Source: Macrostomum lignano (taxonomy: Eukaryota). Taken from it: a DNA stretch of 64,000 nt. Made by a program: the position numbers and the translations under genes. How positions within the stretch are numbered: position 1 is the stretch's first letter; every line of letters starts with the position of its first letter. Below are positions 61,141 to 64,000 of this stretch, piece by piece. The stretch is from contig NIVC01001283.1 in assembly GCA_002269645.1 (NCBI GenBank), positions 248,001 through 312,000 on the forward strand, given 5' to 3'. Under the pieces are notes generated by a model, which was given only the letters and a program-made list of their open reading frames with translations, was not told the origin of the DNA and made no database searches.

Positions 61141-61689
61141 ATGCTGAAGTGGGCCAGCGGCAGCTCACCCGCTCCAGCTGGCCAGGCAGGCAGCCAAGCC
61201 TGCCCCGATCAGGTCGGCCTCGAGCACCCACCGGCTTCGAATACCTCGGAGCAAAGCACAACTCCTGCCGCTGCCGCCTCGGCCTCGTCGCCAGCCGTGT
61301 CTCTTTGCCGGTTCGGTCGCGGGCTTCGTCTGGCGTCGCTCTTCAACTCGACGGCTCAGTCGAGTCGCTGCGGCAGCAACAGCGGCGGCGGAGGCGGCGG
61401 CGGCGGGTCTCTGACGGAGCTCGCCTCAGTGGTGTCGGCCGCCACCACGACTGACAGCGGCGCCGTTGTGGAAGCGGCCTCGTCAATTTCGTCGAAATCT
61501 TCCAAGTCGTCATCAAAATCGTCGAATTCTACGAAATCGTCAAAGTCTTCGACGAGCTCGTCGCCGTCGTCATCGTCAGCTTCGTCCGCTGCTTTGTCGA
61601 AGTTCAAGCTTGTTGGCAGACGGTTGCAGCAGCAAAAGCACAGCCGGTCTCGCAGCGTTGACCGGTGCTCTCTGACTGCCAGCTCTCCG
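61141..61689 (+). CDS. Probable first coding exon of a Ser/Gly-rich host protein
   Basis: GC-rich ORF from ATG 61141 ending at consensus donor CCG|GTGAGT; no recognisable domain. Confidence 0.45.
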
Positions 61690-61826
61690 GTGAGTCTCAG
61701 GAAACAGACTTTGTCAGCATCTGATGAAGAATAGATGCCATTACAGTGTGTCTACCATTCCTTTGTTGTGTCTACCATTCCTTTGTTGTGTCTACCATTC
61801 CTTTGTTGTGTCTACCATTACAGAGC

Positions 61827-62240
61827 GTGTGTCTGTGTCTCCCCACTGGAGTGTCTGTGTCTCCCCACTAGGGTGTCGGTGTCTCCCCACTGGAGTGTCT
61901 GTGTCTCCCCACTAGGGTGTCTGTGTCTCCCCACTGGAGTGTCTGTGTCTCCCACTGGAGTGTCTGTGTCTCCCCAATGGAGTGTCTGTGTCTCCCCACT
62001 GGAGTGTCTGTGTCTCCCCAATGGAGTGTCTGTGTCTCCCCACTGGAGTGTCTGTGTCTCCCCAATGGAGTGTCTGTGTCTCCCCACTGGAGTGTCTGTG
62101 TCTCCCCAATGGAGTGTCTGTGTCTCCCCACTGGAGTGTCTGTGTCTCCCACTGGGGTGTCTGTGTCTCCCCACTGGAGTGTCTGTGTCTCCCCACTGGA
62201 GTGTCTGTGTCTCCCCAATGGAGTATCTGTGTCTCCCTAC
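61827..62240. repeat. 22-bp minisatellite GTCTCCCCACTGGAGTGTCTGT
   Basis: About 18 tandem units. Confidence 0.95.
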
Positions 62241-62274
62241 TCGAGTTCTGCTGTTACATGTGCGTTCAATAACC

Positions 62275-62430
62275 CATAGATGAATCTGTCATATCCGATA
62301 GATGAGTCTATCATATCCGATAGATGAGTCTATCATATCCCATAGATGAGTCTGCCATATCCCATAGATGAGTCTGCCATATCCCATAGATGAGTCTGCC
62401 ATATCCCTTAGATGAGTCTGCCATATCCCT
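62275..62430. repeat. 22-bp minisatellite ATAGATGAGTCTGCCATATCCC
   Basis: About 7 tandem units. Confidence 0.9.
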
Positions 62431-62867
62431 TAGATGTTTGAAACACCACACTGACAGCAGCTTACAAGAGTGAATTATTGTAATATAAGAACTATTCACC
62501 ATACGAGCAGTGACCTCGACTGACTCTGGGAGAGCTGCACAACTGTCTTTAGTATTTCTGCACAAGCAAATCAACTTCAGCATGGCCTGCTGCTGCCTTC
62601 CCTTGCACCCCACGGCGAAACTCAACAGAACTTCTTTTGTTTCTTTTGTGCGCGAGAAAGAGAAGGAGAAGAGAGAGACGAGGCAGTTAACGATTGAGAA
62701 GCTGAAAGACAGGGAAAAAACCGAACAAATAGACGACGGGAGTTTTAAACAGCTCCTAGCAGAAGGAAAATGTCATCAGGGCCGAAGCCACCTCTGCCGC
62801 CAGGACAAAGCGGTCGGCTGCTGCTGGCTTTAAGTTCCCCTTTTCTTCAAATTTTTACTAGTAGCGT

Positions 62868-64000
62868 TACCCTCTCTCCCTAGAGCCCCTACCCTCTCTC
62901 CCTAGAGCCCCTACCCTCTCTCCCTAGAGCCCCTACCCTCTCTCCCTAGAGCCCTACCCTCTCTCCCTAGAGGCCCTACCCTCTCTCCCTAGAGCCCTAC
63001 CCTCTCTCCCTAGAGCCCCTGCTCTCTCTCCCTATAGCCCCTACCCTCTCTCCCTAGAGCCCCTGCTCTCTCTCCCTATAGCCCCTACCCTCTCTCCCTA
63101 GAGCCCCTACCCTCTCTCCCTAGAGCCCTACCCTCTCTCCCTAGAGCCCCTACCCTCTCTCCCTAGAGCCCCTACCCTCTCTCCCTAGAGCCCTACCCTC
63201 TCTCCCTAGAGGCCCTACCCTCTCTCCCTAGAGCCCTACCCTCTCTCCCTAGAGCCCCTGCTCTCTCTCCCTATAGCCCCTACCCTCTCTCCCTAGAGCC
63301 CCTACCCTCTCTCCCTATAGCCCCTACCCTCTCTCCCTAGAGCCCCTACCCTCTCTCCCTAGAGCCCTACCCTCTCTCCCTAGAGCCCTACCCTCTCTCC
63401 CTAGAGCCCCTGCTCTCTCTCCCTATAGCCCCTACCCTCTCTCCCTAGAGCCCCTACCCTCTCTCCCTAGAGCCCCTACCCTCTCTCCCTAGAGCCCCTA
63501 CCCTCTCTCCCTAGAGCCCCTACCCTCTCTCCCTAGAGCCCCTACCCTCTCTCCCTATAGCCTCTACTCTCTTTCCCTAGAGCCCCTACCCTCTTTCCCT
63601 AGAGCCCCTACCCTCTCTCCCTATAGCCCCTGCTCTCTCTCCCTATAGCCTCTACTCTATTTCCCTAGAGCCCCTACCCTCTTTCCCTAGAGCCCATACC
63701 CTCTTTCCCTAGAGCCCCTACCCTCTCTCCCTATAGCCCCTGCTCTCTCTCCCTATAGCCTCTACTCTATTTCCCTAGAGCCCCTACCCTCTTTCCCTAG
63801 AGCCCCTACCCTCTCTCCCTAGAGCCCCTACCCTCTCTCCCTAGAGCCCTACCCTCTCTCCCTAGAGCCCTACCCTCTCTGCCTAGAGCCTTACCCTCTC
63901 TCCCTAGAGCCCCTACCCTCTCTGCCTAGAGCCCTACCCTCTCTCCCTAGAGCCCCTACCCTCTTTCCCTAGAGCCCTACCCTCTTTCCCTAGAGCCCCT
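62868..64000. repeat. 21-22-bp minisatellite CCCTACCCTCTCTCCCTAGAGC
   Basis: About 50 units running to the window end. Confidence 0.95.

Noticed and set aside
61356-61607. Acidic minus-strand ORF
   Set aside because: Most likely the antisense shadow of the plus-strand Ser-rich exon, which has a consensus donor site.
58969-62283. Repetitive ORFs at 58969-59388 and 61735-62283
   Set aside because: Translations of 16-bp and 22-bp minisatellites.

Overview
Animal (invertebrate) genomic DNA, not prokaryotic; the composition resembles a Macrostomum-type flatworm, but that is unverified. Positions 1-10 kb hold two intron-containing minus-strand host genes: a GH99 endo-alpha-mannosidase (MANEA-like) and a DUF1647-family membrane protein. 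A probable plus-strand Ser-rich first exon and three 22-bp minisatellites lie at 61-64 kb. Between them (about 11.5-60.5 kb) is a dense, deeply nested transposon block: Tc1/IS630-like, mariner, piggyBac, P/THAP9-like, Harbinger, Gypsy LTR, about seven Crypton tyrosine-recombinase elements, a Polinton-like non-autonomous element, a Penelope-type hammerhead and a SINE. Main unexplained signals: (1) one 8-mer, CCATAGAC/GTCTATGG, occurs about 50 times (by-eye count; about 1-2 expected), usually 45-135 bp inside the ends of unrelated TE superfamilies, and is absent from the host-gene region; (2) nearly all TE coding remnants lie on the minus strand, as in a uni-strand piRNA cluster; (3) Crypton-adjacent palindromes look built to fold as strand-specific ssDNA hairpins, reminiscent of integron attC sites; (4) a MITE carries the 28S rRNA R2 target site. 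All coordinates and counts were read by eye.
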